A DNA stretch of 64,000 nucleotides, from NCBI GenBank assembly GCA_963457605.1, contig OY735138.1; one strand, written 5' to 3'. This document shows positions 27,289 through 36,524 of the stretch, in pieces. A program made the position numbers and the translations under genes. Origin of the DNA: an uncultured Gellertiella sp. (GTDB taxonomy: Bacteria > Pseudomonadota > Alphaproteobacteria > Rhizobiales > Rhizobiaceae). The notes under the pieces are model-generated. The model worked only from the letters and a program-made list of their open reading frames with translations. It was not told the DNA's origin and made no database searches. The number at the start of each line of letters is the position of its first letter. Position 1 is the first letter of the stretch.

Positions 27289-28173
27289 GTGACCGTAGCG
27301 TTCGGGCAGCAGCGAGGGAGCGGAGGAGGGCGAAAGCTCTTCCACGGCCTGATGCTGCTGCCCGGGCTTCTCGCCTGTTTCGTGCTGATCCTGTTCTCGC
27401 TCGGCCTGGTGCTGTTTCTGGCATTTCGCGACAATGATGGCTCGCTGCTCGGGGCGGGCGGCAGCCTTGGCAATTTTGTGACCGTCCTGACCGATCCGCT
27501 TTACGGTCTTGTGGCGCTGCGCTCGGTGGTGATTGCCGGGCTGGTGACGCTCGCCACCGTGGTGACGGCCTATCCGGTCGCCTATTTCCTCGCCTTTCAC
27601 GCCGGTCGGCACCGGGGCATCATCCTGTTTCTGGTGACGCTGCCGTTCTGGACCAGCTACCTGCTCCGGGTCTTTGCCTGGAAGATCGTGCTTGCCTATA
27701 ATGGCGTTCTGAATTCCGTTCTGACCGGCACCGGCCTGATCTCCCAGCCGAGCACCGCCTTCCTCAACACGCCCGGCGCGGTGGTGCTGACGCTGGCCCA
27801 TGCCTATGCACCCTTCGCCATTCTCCCGGTCTTCGTGGCGCTCGACACCATGCCGCGCTCGCTGTTCGAGGCGGCGGCCGATCTCGGGGCGCGGCCCTTC
27901 ACCGCCTTTCGCCGGGTGGTGCTGCCCTATTCGATGCCGGGGGTGCTTTCCGGCGCGCTGGTCGTCTTCGTGCCGACCGTCGGCGATTATGTCACCCCGG
28001 CGCTGGTCGGCGGGCCGCAGAGCACGATGATCGGCTCGCTGATCCAGGCGCAGTTCGGCAAGGCCAATGACTGGCCCTTCGGCGCTGCCCTGTCGGTGGC
28101 GGTGATGGCGCTGATCCTCCTCGTCATCCTGCTGGTGCGCTTCGTCGACCGCCGCTACGGGAGCCGCCAATGA
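27289..28173 (+). CDS. Pot-type ABC transporter permease (PotB-like)
   Basis: 294 aa, GTG start after GAAGAGG. Six hydrophobic segments and EAA loop (LFEAAADLGARPFTAFRRVVLP). Confidence 0.8.
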   Translation: MTVAFGQQRGSGGGRKLFHGLMLLPGLLACFVLILFSLGLVLFLAFRDNDGSLLGAGGSLGNFVTVLTDPLYGLVALRSVVIAGLVTLATVVTAYPVAYFLAFHAGRHRGIILFLVTLPFWTSYLLRVFAWKIVLAYNGVLNSVLTGTGLISQPSTAFLNTPGAVVLTLAHAYAPFAILPVFVALDTMPRSLFEAAADLGARPFTAFRRVVLPYSMPGVLSGALVVFVPTVGDYVTPALVGGPQSTMIGSLIQAQFGKANDWPFGAALSVAVMALILLVILLVRFVDRRYGSRQ

Positions 28174-28970
28174 GTGTCTCCGCGCGAAGTGCAGGCTCCG
28201 GCTCGCTGCTCTGGGCCTATGTCATGGCCTATCTGGTGTTTCTCTACCTGCCCGTGGCGCTGATCCCGCTGTTTTCCTTCAACGATGCCATTCAGGCGGC
28301 CTTCCCGCTGAAGGGCTTCACGCTGGACTGGTACCGGGCGCTTTCCGGAAACGAGGCCTTGCAGCATGCGGTCCTGACCAGCCTCGAAGTCGGGCTGACG
28401 GCGGCAACCCTGTCGACGCTGACCGGCGTGACGATTGCCTGGCTCGATGTCTTCGGCCAGTCGGCGCTGTCGCGGGTGATTTCCGCCATTGCCCGGCTGC
28501 CGATCCTGATCCCCGGCGTCATCATCGGCATCGCGCTTTTGATCCTCGTCAATCTCGCACGCCTCGGCCCGTCGCGCACCGCCATCATCCTCGGCCATGT
28601 CCTCGCCGGACTGCCGACCACGGTGACGGTGATGCGCAGCCGCTTCGTGCAGATCCCGCGCAGCATTCCGGAAGCGGCGGAAGATCTCGGCGGGCGGGAA
28701 TGGCTGGTGCTGTGGCGGATCATGCTGCCGCTGTCGGCCTCTGCCATCGGCTCGGCCTTCATGCTGGCCTTCCTGACCAGCTTCGATGAATTCATCATCG
28801 CGTTTTTCCTGGCCGGCACCGACCAGACGCTGCCGCTGTTCATCTGGAGCCAGCTGCGCTTTCCGAAATCCCTGCCGGTGGTGATGGCGCTCGGCAGCGC
28901 CATCCTCGGCCTCAGCATTCTGATCGCCAGCGCCGCCGAACTGCTGCGCCGTCGCGGCCCGCTGCGATAG
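28170..28970 (+). CDS. Pot-type ABC transporter permease (PotC-like)
   Basis: 266 aa. Start overlaps the upstream stop (ATGA). EAA loop (IPEAAEDLGGREWLVLWRIMLP). Confidence 0.8.
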   Translation: MSVSARSAGSGSLLWAYVMAYLVFLYLPVALIPLFSFNDAIQAAFPLKGFTLDWYRALSGNEALQHAVLTSLEVGLTAATLSTLTGVTIAWLDVFGQSALSRVISAIARLPILIPGVIIGIALLILVNLARLGPSRTAIILGHVLAGLPTTVTVMRSRFVQIPRSIPEAAEDLGGREWLVLWRIMLPLSASAIGSAFMLAFLTSFDEFIIAFFLAGTDQTLPLFIWSQLRFPKSLPVVMALGSAILGLSILIASAAELLRRRGPLR

Positions 28971-29015
28971 GTCACCGACACCATGACAAGAACCATAACC
29001 ATGAGGAGAAGGCAG

Positions 29016-30092
29016 ATGACAACGGCACGGATTTCGGGACCCATCAAGGCGCTCGGCAGCCTTCTGGGCGGTGCGCTTCTGGCGCTGTCGGCGGCGGCGG
29101 GCCCGGCGCATGCGGGTGACAAGCTCAGCTATTTCACCTGGTCGGGCTATGAGTTGCCGGATTTCAGCAAGAGCTACAATGCCGCCCATCCCGATGCGGT
29201 CGAATATTCGATGTTCGGCGATGATGATGACGCCTTCACCAAGGTCAAGGCGGGCTTCAGGCCGGATATCGCCCATCCCTGCTATGACAAGATCGCCCGC
29301 TGGAACAAGGAAGGCCTGCTGCAGCCGATCGACACATCGCGGCTGAAGAACTGGGACAAGATCTTCCCGACCCTGCGCAACCTGCCGGATCTGAAGGCCG
29401 GCGACGGCAAGGTCTGGATGGTGCCGTGGGACTGGGGCAATACCTCGATCCTCTACCGCACCGATCTGGTCAAGAACCCCGACAAGAGCTGGGCGCTGCT
29501 CTGGGACAATCAATATGCCGGGCGGATGGCAACCATCGACGCGGTGCATGACACGCCGCTGGTCGCAGCCCTCCTGGCAGGCGTCAACCCGTTCGACATG
29601 GACAAGGCGGGCCTCGACAAGGTGGCCGCCAAGCTGCGCGAACAGCGCCCGCTGATCTCCACCTACACGACCGACATGACCTCGGTCGAACAGTCGCTGG
29701 CAAGCGGCGAACTGGTGGCGGCGATGACCTGGAATGCCTCTGCCGTCGCCCTGAAGAAGCAGGGCGTGCCGGTCGAATACATGCATCCGAAGGAAGGCAT
29801 GCTGACCTGGACCTGCGGCTATGTGCTAATGAAGGATGCCAAGCATGTCGATCTTGCCTATGACTTCATCAACAGCCGACTGGAGGCGGATTCAGGCAAG
29901 TACCTGATCGAGAACGATGGCTATGGCAGTTCGACCACCACGGCCTTTGCCGCCGTGCCGAAGGCCGAACTCGACAAGCTGGAACTGCCCTCCAACCCCG
30001 ACGACATGCTGAAGACCACCGTATTCACCGGTCCAATGAAGCAGAACGACGATCTTGCCAAGATTTTCGAGAAGGTGAAGGCCGGTGGCTGA
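29016..30092 (+). CDS. PotD/PotF-like periplasmic solute-binding protein
   Basis: ORF 28983..30092, start moved to ATG 29016 after GAGGAGAAGG. Signal peptide ending AGPAHA. SBP_bac_8-like sequence (LSYFTWSGYE, WDWGNTSILYRTD). Confidence 0.75.
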   Translation: MTTARISGPIKALGSLLGGALLALSAAAGPAHAGDKLSYFTWSGYELPDFSKSYNAAHPDAVEYSMFGDDDDAFTKVKAGFRPDIAHPCYDKIARWNKEGLLQPIDTSRLKNWDKIFPTLRNLPDLKAGDGKVWMVPWDWGNTSILYRTDLVKNPDKSWALLWDNQYAGRMATIDAVHDTPLVAALLAGVNPFDMDKAGLDKVAAKLREQRPLISTYTTDMTSVEQSLASGELVAAMTWNASAVALKKQGVPVEYMHPKEGMLTWTCGYVLMKDAKHVDLAYDFINSRLEADSGKYLIENDGYGSSTTTAFAAVPKAELDKLELPSNPDDMLKTTVFTGPMKQNDDLAKIFEKVKAGG

Positions 30093-30272
30093 CCTTTGAG
30101 AAACGAAATTCCGCGCCATGCGTGCACTTTCCTGTGCATGGGGAAATATTACACTGCCCCCCGGTATTTCAACGAACCTATATCTATTTGCGATCCGATT
30201 TCCCTTTTTCACATCGGATAGGCACCATGGCGCGGAATACCTTGAACTGAACCCTGACGAAGGACCTGGCTT

Positions 30273-30878
30273 TTGGAAGATGTGGCAATCAGACAAGCCC
30301 GGGACGCAGCCGAAGCCGATGTGATCGTCGGCAGGCGGGTGCGGGCCCTCAGACTCGAACGCAACCTGTCGCTGAATGATCTGGCGGCACGGACCGGCAT
30401 TTCCATCGGCGCGCTCAGCCAGATCGAGCGGGGCCTGTCGTCGCTGCGCGTCAAGGTGATCTGGCCGCTTGCCGCAGCGCTCGCCGTCGAGCCGAGCGCG
30501 CTGATCGGCGATGGCGGCGAGACCGGCAACGACCTTTACTGCGTGCGCAGCACCTCGCGGCGGTCGCTGCCGGTGCGCTCGGAAGGCATCGCCAAATGGC
30601 TGCTGTCGCCACCCGCCTCGGCACTCAGCGGCATGCTGGTCACCGTCGAACCCGGCGGCGGCACGGCGGAAGCCTATGCCCATACCGGCCATGAATTCGG
30701 CTATGTGCTGGCAGGCGAGATCGAGCTTGAGATCGACGGCGGCACCTATCAGCTGAAGCAGGGCGACAGCTTCGCCTTCAAGAGCACATTGATGCATGCC
30801 TTCAAGAATCTCGGCCCCGTCAAGGCGGAGATCCTGTGGATCAACACCAACAAACCGCCGGAGCCGACCAATGGCTGA
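30273..30878 (+). CDS. XRE-family HTH / cupin-domain transcriptional regulator
   Basis: 201 aa (TTG start; GTG at 30282 is an alternative). HTH_3 segment VGRRVRALRLERNLSLNDLAARTGISIGALSQIERG. C-terminal cupin (HTGHEFGYVLAGEIELEIDG..Y.L.QGDSF). Confidence 0.8.
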   Translation: MEDVAIRQARDAAEADVIVGRRVRALRLERNLSLNDLAARTGISIGALSQIERGLSSLRVKVIWPLAAALAVEPSALIGDGGETGNDLYCVRSTSRRSLPVRSEGIAKWLLSPPASALSGMLVTVEPGGGTAEAYAHTGHEFGYVLAGEIELEIDGGTYQLKQGDSFAFKSTLMHAFKNLGPVKAEILWINTNKPPEPTNG

Positions 30879-31968
30879 CAGCACAGCATCCCCCAGGGGA
30901 GACCTTGTTTCCCTCCGCGATGTCCGAAAAGTCTTTCCGGGCGGGCTGGTCGGGCTCGACGACATCAACCTTGCCATCGGCCAGGGGGAATTCCTGAGCC
31001 TGCTCGGCCCGTCCGGCTGCGGCAAGACCACGACGCTGCGGGTGATTGCCGGTTTTGAAAGCCCGACCAGCGGCACCGTCCTGCTCGACGGGGAGGATAT
31101 TACCGGGCTCCGGCCCTATGACCGGCCGGTCAATACGGTGTTTCAGGATTATGCGCTCTTTCCGCACATGAATGTCCATGACAATATCGATTTCGGCCTG
31201 TCGCTGCGGCGGATCCCGTCAGCCGAGCGGAAGGCGAAGATCGTCCGGGCGCTGGAACTGGTCGGCCTGCCGGAAAAGATCATGGCCCGTGTCGGCGAAC
31301 TCTCCGGCGGCCAGCGCCAGCGCGTCGCGCTTGCCCGCGCCATGGTCTGCGAACCCCGGGTGCTGCTGCTCGACGAACCGCTTTCCGCACTCGACGCGCA
31401 TTTGCGCGAGCAGATGCAGCTGGAGCTGAAGCGGTTGCAGGCCGAGCTTGGCACCACCTTCGTCATGGTCACCCATGACCAGACCGAGGCAATGTCGATC
31501 TCCGACCGCATCGTGGTGATGAACCGGGGCAGGATCGAACAGATCGCCACGCCCGCCGAACTCTATGACCGTCCCGCCACCCGCTTCGTCGCCGGCTTCA
31601 TCGGCACCATGAACCTCTTGCCCGCCACGGTCGCATCTGTCGGCGACGGCCGGATCGGGCTGGATTTCGGCACCTTCCGGCTCCATGTTCCAGCGGAAGG
31701 CAGTCGGCCCGTCTCCCCCGGTGAAAGGCTGACGGCGGGCATCCGGCCTGAAGATCTGGAGATTGCCGTGAGCCCGGACAAGGCCGCGATCCGGGGACGG
31801 GCAAGCGCCGTGGTGTTCCATGGCAAATCGCTGCGGCTCCGGGTGGACATTGCCGGTTCGGAACCGCTGTCCGTCGACGTGCCACGCCAGGGTGACCGGA
31901 TCGGGCTCGCCACGGGTTCAGCCATCGGTCTCGACCTGCGCCAGGGGGCAGGCTGCCACCTGCTCTGA
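30871..31968 (+). CDS. Pot-type ABC transporter ATP-binding protein (PotA-like)
   Basis: Tail of ORF 30796..31968, start at ATG 30871 overlapping the regulator's stop by 8 nt. GPSGCGKTT, LSGGQRQRVALARAM, LLLDEPLSALD. C-terminal TOBE-like region. Confidence 0.85.
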   Translation: MADSTASPRGDLVSLRDVRKVFPGGLVGLDDINLAIGQGEFLSLLGPSGCGKTTTLRVIAGFESPTSGTVLLDGEDITGLRPYDRPVNTVFQDYALFPHMNVHDNIDFGLSLRRIPSAERKAKIVRALELVGLPEKIMARVGELSGGQRQRVALARAMVCEPRVLLLDEPLSALDAHLREQMQLELKRLQAELGTTFVMVTHDQTEAMSISDRIVVMNRGRIEQIATPAELYDRPATRFVAGFIGTMNLLPATVASVGDGRIGLDFGTFRLHVPAEGSRPVSPGERLTAGIRPEDLEIAVSPDKAAIRGRASAVVFHGKSLRLRVDIAGSEPLSVDVPRQGDRIGLATGSAIGLDLRQGAGCHLL

Positions 31969-32031
31969 GGCGGTGCAACATCCACCCGCACATGCGCTTG
32001 CTCCTGCCCCTGTCCCAGGAACGGAAAACCT

Positions 32032-33101
32032 GGGCGGTCTCATTTCTGAAGTGCAACAGGCTGGTTTGAGATTTCGGTTTGATAGGCTTCGAGGGGTGTT
32101 CTGAATCCGAGTGTTTGTCTTGGTCGATTATTGAGGCTGTCGGCGATTTTGTCGAGGTCCTTCTGGGAGTAGATGCTGAGATCGATGCCTTTTGGCAGAT
32201 ACTGGCGGATCAGGCCATTGGTATTTTCGTTGGTGGGTCGCTGCCACGGGCTATGCGGATCGCAGAAATATACTTTTATATTCAGCCGCTTAGCCAGCTC
32301 GGTGTGCTGAGCCATTTCTTTTCCCTGGTCGTAGGTCATGCTGGTGCGCATCGCTTGAGGGACACGCGACAGGCCGCGCGAGAACCCGGCAAGTGCTGCA
32401 TCCGCGCTGGCATCCTTCATCTTCGTCAGAATGACATAGCGGGTTTTGCGTTCGGCCAGCGTGCCGATGCAACTGGCATTTCCGGCGCCCTTGATCAGGT
32501 CACCCTCCCAGTCGCCGGGCAGTTCACGGGTCAGCACGGACGCCGGACGCGCATGCACCGACACCATGCCAGGCAGGCTGCCGCGCCGGTCCTTGCCTTG
32601 AGCGCGGGGGCGGCGCAATTTATGCCCCTGTCGAAGCAAGCCTATGAGTTGCTTGCGCAATTCGCCTTTCGGCAGGATGTAGATCGCCCGGTAAATCGTC
32701 TCGTGCGCCACTGTCTCGGGCTCGTCCATGTGCTTTAACCTGCCGGAAATCTGCTGCGGGGACCAGCCCAGACGTATCTGCCTGAAAACAGTCTCCCGCA
32801 AGGCCGTCCCTTCCGCAAGCCTGACCAGTCCGCGACGGCGGCGCGACAAAGAGGCTCTGGAAGCAATGCCCGCGTCATAGCATGAGTGAGAAGGCGACGC
32901 TGGCGGCGCGTTGCGGCGAACCTCCCGAGACACAGTCGATCGCGACCGGCCAAGAGCCAGAGCGATCCACGCCTGCGTGTTGCCCATATTCAAACGGCTC
33001 TGGAGAAAGTTGCGCTCAAAAGCGCTAAAATGCTGATAATGCTGACCCATAACGGCATCCTTTAAACGGATGCCTGTTGCACTTCAAATCAGAGAACGCC
33101 C
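32032..33101 (-). mobile_element. IS30-family insertion sequence (~1.07 kb)
   Basis: Single transposase ORF flanked by 29-bp imperfect terminal inverted repeats. GGGCGGTCTCATTTCTGAAGTGCAACAGG (32032..32060) matches the reverse complement of 33073..33101, GGGCGTTCTCTGATTTGAAGTGCAACAGG, at 24 of 29 positions. No clear target-site duplication seen. Confidence 0.85.
32040..33050 (-). CDS. IS30 family transposase
   Basis: 336 aa. N-terminal HTH (IALALGRSRSTVSREVRRN) and DDE core (GDWEGDLI ... MTYDQGKEM ... PHSPWQRPTNENTNGLIRQYLPKG) characteristic of IS30 transposases. Confidence 0.9.
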   Translation of the reverse strand: MGQHYQHFSAFERNFLQSRLNMGNTQAWIALALGRSRSTVSREVRRNAPPASPSHSCYDAGIASRASLSRRRRGLVRLAEGTALRETVFRQIRLGWSPQQISGRLKHMDEPETVAHETIYRAIYILPKGELRKQLIGLLRQGHKLRRPRAQGKDRRGSLPGMVSVHARPASVLTRELPGDWEGDLIKGAGNASCIGTLAERKTRYVILTKMKDASADAALAGFSRGLSRVPQAMRTSMTYDQGKEMAQHTELAKRLNIKVYFCDPHSPWQRPTNENTNGLIRQYLPKGIDLSIYSQKDLDKIADSLNNRPRQTLGFRTPLEAYQTEISNQPVALQK

Positions 33102-33171
33102 TGTTTCGAATTCCGGAAGAATGGATTAGCTTCCCGTCGGCGCGCTCCGGGATTGTGGGCTGCGCCATTCA

Positions 33172-33957
33172 ATGGAGCGTGAAGCGATGACCATGCCAGC
33201 CCTGTCCCTGTCCGGCGATCTCGATGCTGACGCAATTGATCAGCTGCGCATTGATCTTGCCGCAGCCTTCCGGCTGGCGGTGCAATTCGACTGGCACGAA
33301 TCCGTCGGCAATCACTTCAGTGCCGCGATTTCAGGCAATGGCAGGCGTTTCCTGATGAACCCGCGCTGGAGGCATTTCGGTGCGATCCGGGCGGGTGACC
33401 TGCTGCTGCTCGATGCCGGGGATGACAGCGTGATGGCGGGACCCGATGCGCCTGATCCATCCGCCTGGTGCATCCATGGCACCATCCACCGCGAGATGCC
33501 GTCGGTGCGGGTCATGCTGCATTGCCATCCGCCCTATGCCACGGCACTGGCCAGCCTCAAGGATCCCGCAATGCTGCCGATTGACCAGAATACCGCCCGG
33601 TTTTACGGGCTGGTCGGGGTCGACGATGATTTCGGCGGCATTGCCGATGCGGCGGAAGAGGGGGTCCGGCTTGCCCGCGCCTTCGGCAATCATCCGGTCC
33701 TGTTGATGGGCAATCACGGCGTCACCGTCACCGGTCCCTCGGTCGCCGAGGCCTTCGAGCATCTGTATTTCTTCGAACGCGCCGCCAGGACCCTGATCCT
33801 TGCCTGGTCCACCGGGCAGAAGCTGAATGTGATGTCGCCGGAACTCGCCCAGAAAACCGCCGATGGCTGGCTGCCCTATCGCGGCATGGCCTATGCCCAT
33901 TTCGACCACCTGAAATCCACCCTCGACCGCACCGACCGGTCCTACCGCGAACTGTAG
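33172..33957 (+). CDS. class II aldolase/adducin family protein
   Basis: 261 aa. Aldolase_II-like sequence (GNHFSA, HGTIHRE.P....MLHCHPPYATAL, GNHGVTVTGPSVAEAFE). Confidence 0.8.
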   Translation: MEREAMTMPALSLSGDLDADAIDQLRIDLAAAFRLAVQFDWHESVGNHFSAAISGNGRRFLMNPRWRHFGAIRAGDLLLLDAGDDSVMAGPDAPDPSAWCIHGTIHREMPSVRVMLHCHPPYATALASLKDPAMLPIDQNTARFYGLVGVDDDFGGIADAAEEGVRLARAFGNHPVLLMGNHGVTVTGPSVAEAFEHLYFFERAARTLILAWSTGQKLNVMSPELAQKTADGWLPYRGMAYAHFDHLKSTLDRTDRSYREL

Positions 33958-34002
33958 GACCGGTTCGCCAGCCGGGCGGCGCCGGCCCCGCGGGAAACGC
34001 CG

Positions 34003-34983
34003 TCAGTTGCGGTAACGGTCTAGAGCCGTCATGCGGCGGAGGGGGGGATCGGCGTCGGGCCAGCGGTAGATGTCGGTCCGGAGATAGTGGAGTTCGTCGG
34101 CAAGGGCCGCTTCGGCAATGTCCGTCCACCAGCATTTCGGCTTGCCGTCGCTGCCATCCGACCAGCGGTAGCCGCGCGCCTTCAGGTGATCCTTCATGTC
34201 GAAGGGGGCGGCTTCCGCAAACAGCCGGATATCGGCCCTATGGCTCGCCTGCCAGAGTTCGGCAAAGGCGCTTGCCCGCCCCGTGGCGCTTGCGCCGCAC
34301 AGCACCTCCAGCAGCGCCTGGCAATCGTCCACCGCCCGGTGCCCTTCGTGGAAATAACCGGACTGGCCGACGAGATAGCCAAGCTTGGTGCCCTCGAAAC
34401 CTCGCGCTGCCCAGTCGACCTCCCGGACCGAACAGGCCCAGGCCTTCTGCGCAAACAGCGGCAAAAGGGCCTCGCAGAAAGGCCGGTCAAAGCTGGCATT
34501 ATGGGCGATGACCAGGTCCGCCGGTTCGATCAGCCGCTGCACCGCGTCAAGGTCGATGGCCGCGCCCGCCACCGTGGCATCGGTGATCCCGGTCAGCCGC
34601 GTGATCTCCCCGGGAATGGCGATGCCCGGCTGCTGCAGCCCGCCATAGCTGCCGGTGACATCGCCGATCATGCCATCCGCATCGAAGGAAAAGGCAATCA
34701 GGCCGATTTCGATGATCTCGTCCTTGCGATGGTTGAGGCCGGTGGTTTCCGTATCGACAATCACGCCTGTGAGCGGGAAACCCGGTCTCGGCCGGGGACA
34801 GACCGGGCGCGGCTCGAGCCTGCGCAGGATCCTGTAGCGACCCGAGGCGAGAAGGCGCTGCACCATGTCCTCGTCGCTCACCGGCATCCGCGTCGCCCGT
34901 CGCCCGGAGGGCTGGTGCGCGTCGGCCCCTGCTTCGGCAAACAGGTCGAATTGTGCCGTCTTTCCGGAAAATGGTCCTGTCAT
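34003..34983 (-). CDS. DnaQ-like 3'-5' exonuclease domain protein
   Basis: Tail of ORF 34003..35064, start at ATG 34983 (MTGPFSG). Exo I VIVDTETTGL, Exo II IAHNASFDRPF, Exo III HRAVDDCQALLEVL. Confidence 0.8.
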   Translation of the reverse strand: MTGPFSGKTAQFDLFAEAGADAHQPSGRRATRMPVSDEDMVQRLLASGRYRILRRLEPRPVCPRPRPGFPLTGVIVDTETTGLNHRKDEIIEIGLIAFSFDADGMIGDVTGSYGGLQQPGIAIPGEITRLTGITDATVAGAAIDLDAVQRLIEPADLVIAHNASFDRPFCEALLPLFAQKAWACSVREVDWAARGFEGTKLGYLVGQSGYFHEGHRAVDDCQALLEVLCGASATGRASAFAELWQASHRADIRLFAEAAPFDMKDHLKARGYRWSDGSDGKPKCWWTDIAEAALADELHYLRTDIYRWPDADPPLRRMTALDRYRN

Positions 34984-35114
34984 CGTCTGCGGGCAAGTCC
35001 TGTCTGGGATCATGGGTATAAGGTGAGGCCTGGTCTTGTCTCCGAAAGGACGGTCGGGCATCACGCAGCAGAGAATTGATATCAGATATAGCGTTAATCC
35101 CGCAGGGAGAGAAT

Positions 35115-35321
35115 ATGGAAACCGTCGAAATTACCGGGCGAAGCGATTTCGCCCTCTGGGCCATTCAGCGGGCGCAGGAAATCGTCACCGGGGAGGGCGC
35201 GCATTTTGCGCTCGCCGCCCGCGATGGCGACGACACCGCCCTTGCCGCCAGTGCCGCAGCGCTCGGCCAGGCGATCAGCACCGCCTTGCTGGAGGTGTTC
35301 GACGGGCTGGTCGAGGGCTGA
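35115..35321 (+). CDS. small hypothetical protein (68 aa)
   Basis: ORF 35076..35321, start moved to ATG 35115 after GGGAGAGAA. No recognisable family. Followed immediately by hairpin element B. Confidence 0.4.
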   Translation: METVEITGRSDFALWAIQRAQEIVTGEGAHFALAARDGDDTALAASAAALGQAISTALLEVFDGLVEG

Positions 35322-35331
35322 TACCCCGCCT

Positions 35332-35368
35332 GGCGTCTGTCTGGTTCACATTGAACCGGACAGACGCC
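35332..35368. repeat. REP-like palindromic hairpin element, copy B
   Basis: GGCGTCTGTCTGGTTCA-cat-TGAACCGGACAGACGCC, a 17-bp stem with one T/G mispair at the same position as in copy A. Confidence 0.85.
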
Positions 35369-35468
35369 AAAGCAGGAGTTGCTTTGCGCTGATCTCACGA
35401 TAACATCCGCAAGCCGGGAGCGAAGGCATGCCTTGCCGCCCCGGCGGATGACAGGGAGATTTTTGACC

Positions 35469-35999
35469 ATGGACATGACGGGTTCCCAGAGAATCGACGC
35501 CAGCCGCGAGGCGGTCTATGCCGGGCTCAACGATATCGACGTGCTCCGGCAATGCATCCCGGGATGCGACAGTATCGAAAAGACCTCGGACACCGGGATG
35601 GTGGCGAAGGTCACGCTGCGCATCGGGCCGGTCAAGGCCAGCTTTTCCGGCAAGGTGACGCTGTCCGATCTCGATCCGCCGAATGGCTACACGATATCAG
35701 GCGAGGGCTCGGGCGGCATGGCAGGCTTTGCCAAGGGCGGGGCCGAGGTGAAGCTCGAGGCCGATGGGGCCGCCACCATCCTGCACTACAGCGTCAAGGC
35801 CGAAATCGGCGGCAAGCTCGCCCAGCTCGGCAGCCGGCTGATTGATGGCACCGCCAGGAAACTGGCGGGCGATTTCTTCGAGACATTTGGCGGCATTGTC
35901 GGCGCGCCTTCGCCGGACCCGGAGAAGGGGCCGGAAGAGCCCGAAACCGGCGGCGAACCCGCGGCCAAAAAGGGCTGGATCAGCAAACTCATCGGCTGA
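35469..35999 (+). CDS. CoxG-like SRPBCC-fold protein (carbon monoxide dehydrogenase subunit G family)
   Basis: Tail of ORF 35379..35999, start at ATG 35469. MDMTGSQRIDASREAVYAGLNDIDVLRQCIPGC and GKLAQLGSRLIDGTARKLAGDFF are typical of the CoxG family. Confidence 0.8.
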   Translation: MDMTGSQRIDASREAVYAGLNDIDVLRQCIPGCDSIEKTSDTGMVAKVTLRIGPVKASFSGKVTLSDLDPPNGYTISGEGSGGMAGFAKGGAEVKLEADGAATILHYSVKAEIGGKLAQLGSRLIDGTARKLAGDFFETFGGIVGAPSPDPEKGPEEPETGGEPAAKKGWISKLIG

Positions 36000-36010
36000 G
36001 GGGTGCGGCA

Positions 36011-36055
36011 GCCTGACGTCTGTCAGGTTGATATTGAACCTGACAGACGTCAGGC
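36011..36055. repeat. REP-like palindromic hairpin element, copy C
   Basis: GCCTGACGTCTGTCAGGTT-gatattg-AACCTGACAGACGTCAGGC, a perfect 19-bp stem. Between the convergent coxG-like and arsC genes, so a plausible bidirectional terminator. Confidence 0.85.
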
Positions 36056-36076
36056 CGGCCCCCGCCAGACCTGCGC

Positions 36077-36496
36077 TCAGATCCGCTTGCCGCTTGCGTC
36101 CAGCACCACTTCGCCATCTTCCTTGGAAAACGGCCCCCTGTGGGTGTCCGGCAGGATCTCCAGCACCTGTTGCGAGGGGCGGCAAAGCCGTGTGCCGAGC
36201 GGCGTGATGACGAAAGGCCGGTTGAGCAGGATCGGATGGGCGAGCATCGCATCCAGGATCACCTCGTCTGTGATCTCCGGCCTGTCCAGTCCCAGCGTCG
36301 CGGCCACCGCTTCCTTCTCCCGCAAGGCTTCGCGCACCGAAAGCCCGGCCGCCGCAATCATTGTCCGCAGCGCCTCCTTGTCCGGAGGGGTCGTGACATA
36401 ATCGATGATCTCCGGCTCGATGCCGGCATTGCGGATCATCGCCAGCGTGTTGCGCGAGGTGCCGCAGGCGGGATTGTGATAGATCCTGGTATCCAT
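36077..36496 (-). CDS. arsC: arsenate reductase (glutaredoxin-coupled ArsC family)
   Basis: Tail of ORF 36077..36667, start at ATG 36496. IYHNPACGTSRNTL, HPILLNRPFVITPLGTRLCRPS and GPFSKEDGEVVLDASGKR are collinear with enterobacterial ArsC. Confidence 0.9.
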   Translation of the reverse strand: MDTRIYHNPACGTSRNTLAMIRNAGIEPEIIDYVTTPPDKEALRTMIAAAGLSVREALREKEAVAATLGLDRPEITDEVILDAMLAHPILLNRPFVITPLGTRLCRPSQQVLEILPDTHRGPFSKEDGEVVLDASGKRI

Positions 36497-36524
36497 GTCC
36501 GTTGCTCCTTCCCCCGAAAGGTTG

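Noticed and set aside
32032-33101. IS30 transposase as the integrase of the 39.5-45.2 kb element
   Set aside because: It is a self-contained IS with its own inverted repeats, 6.4 kb away and separated by several housekeeping-type genes. It is unrelated to the prophage boundaries.
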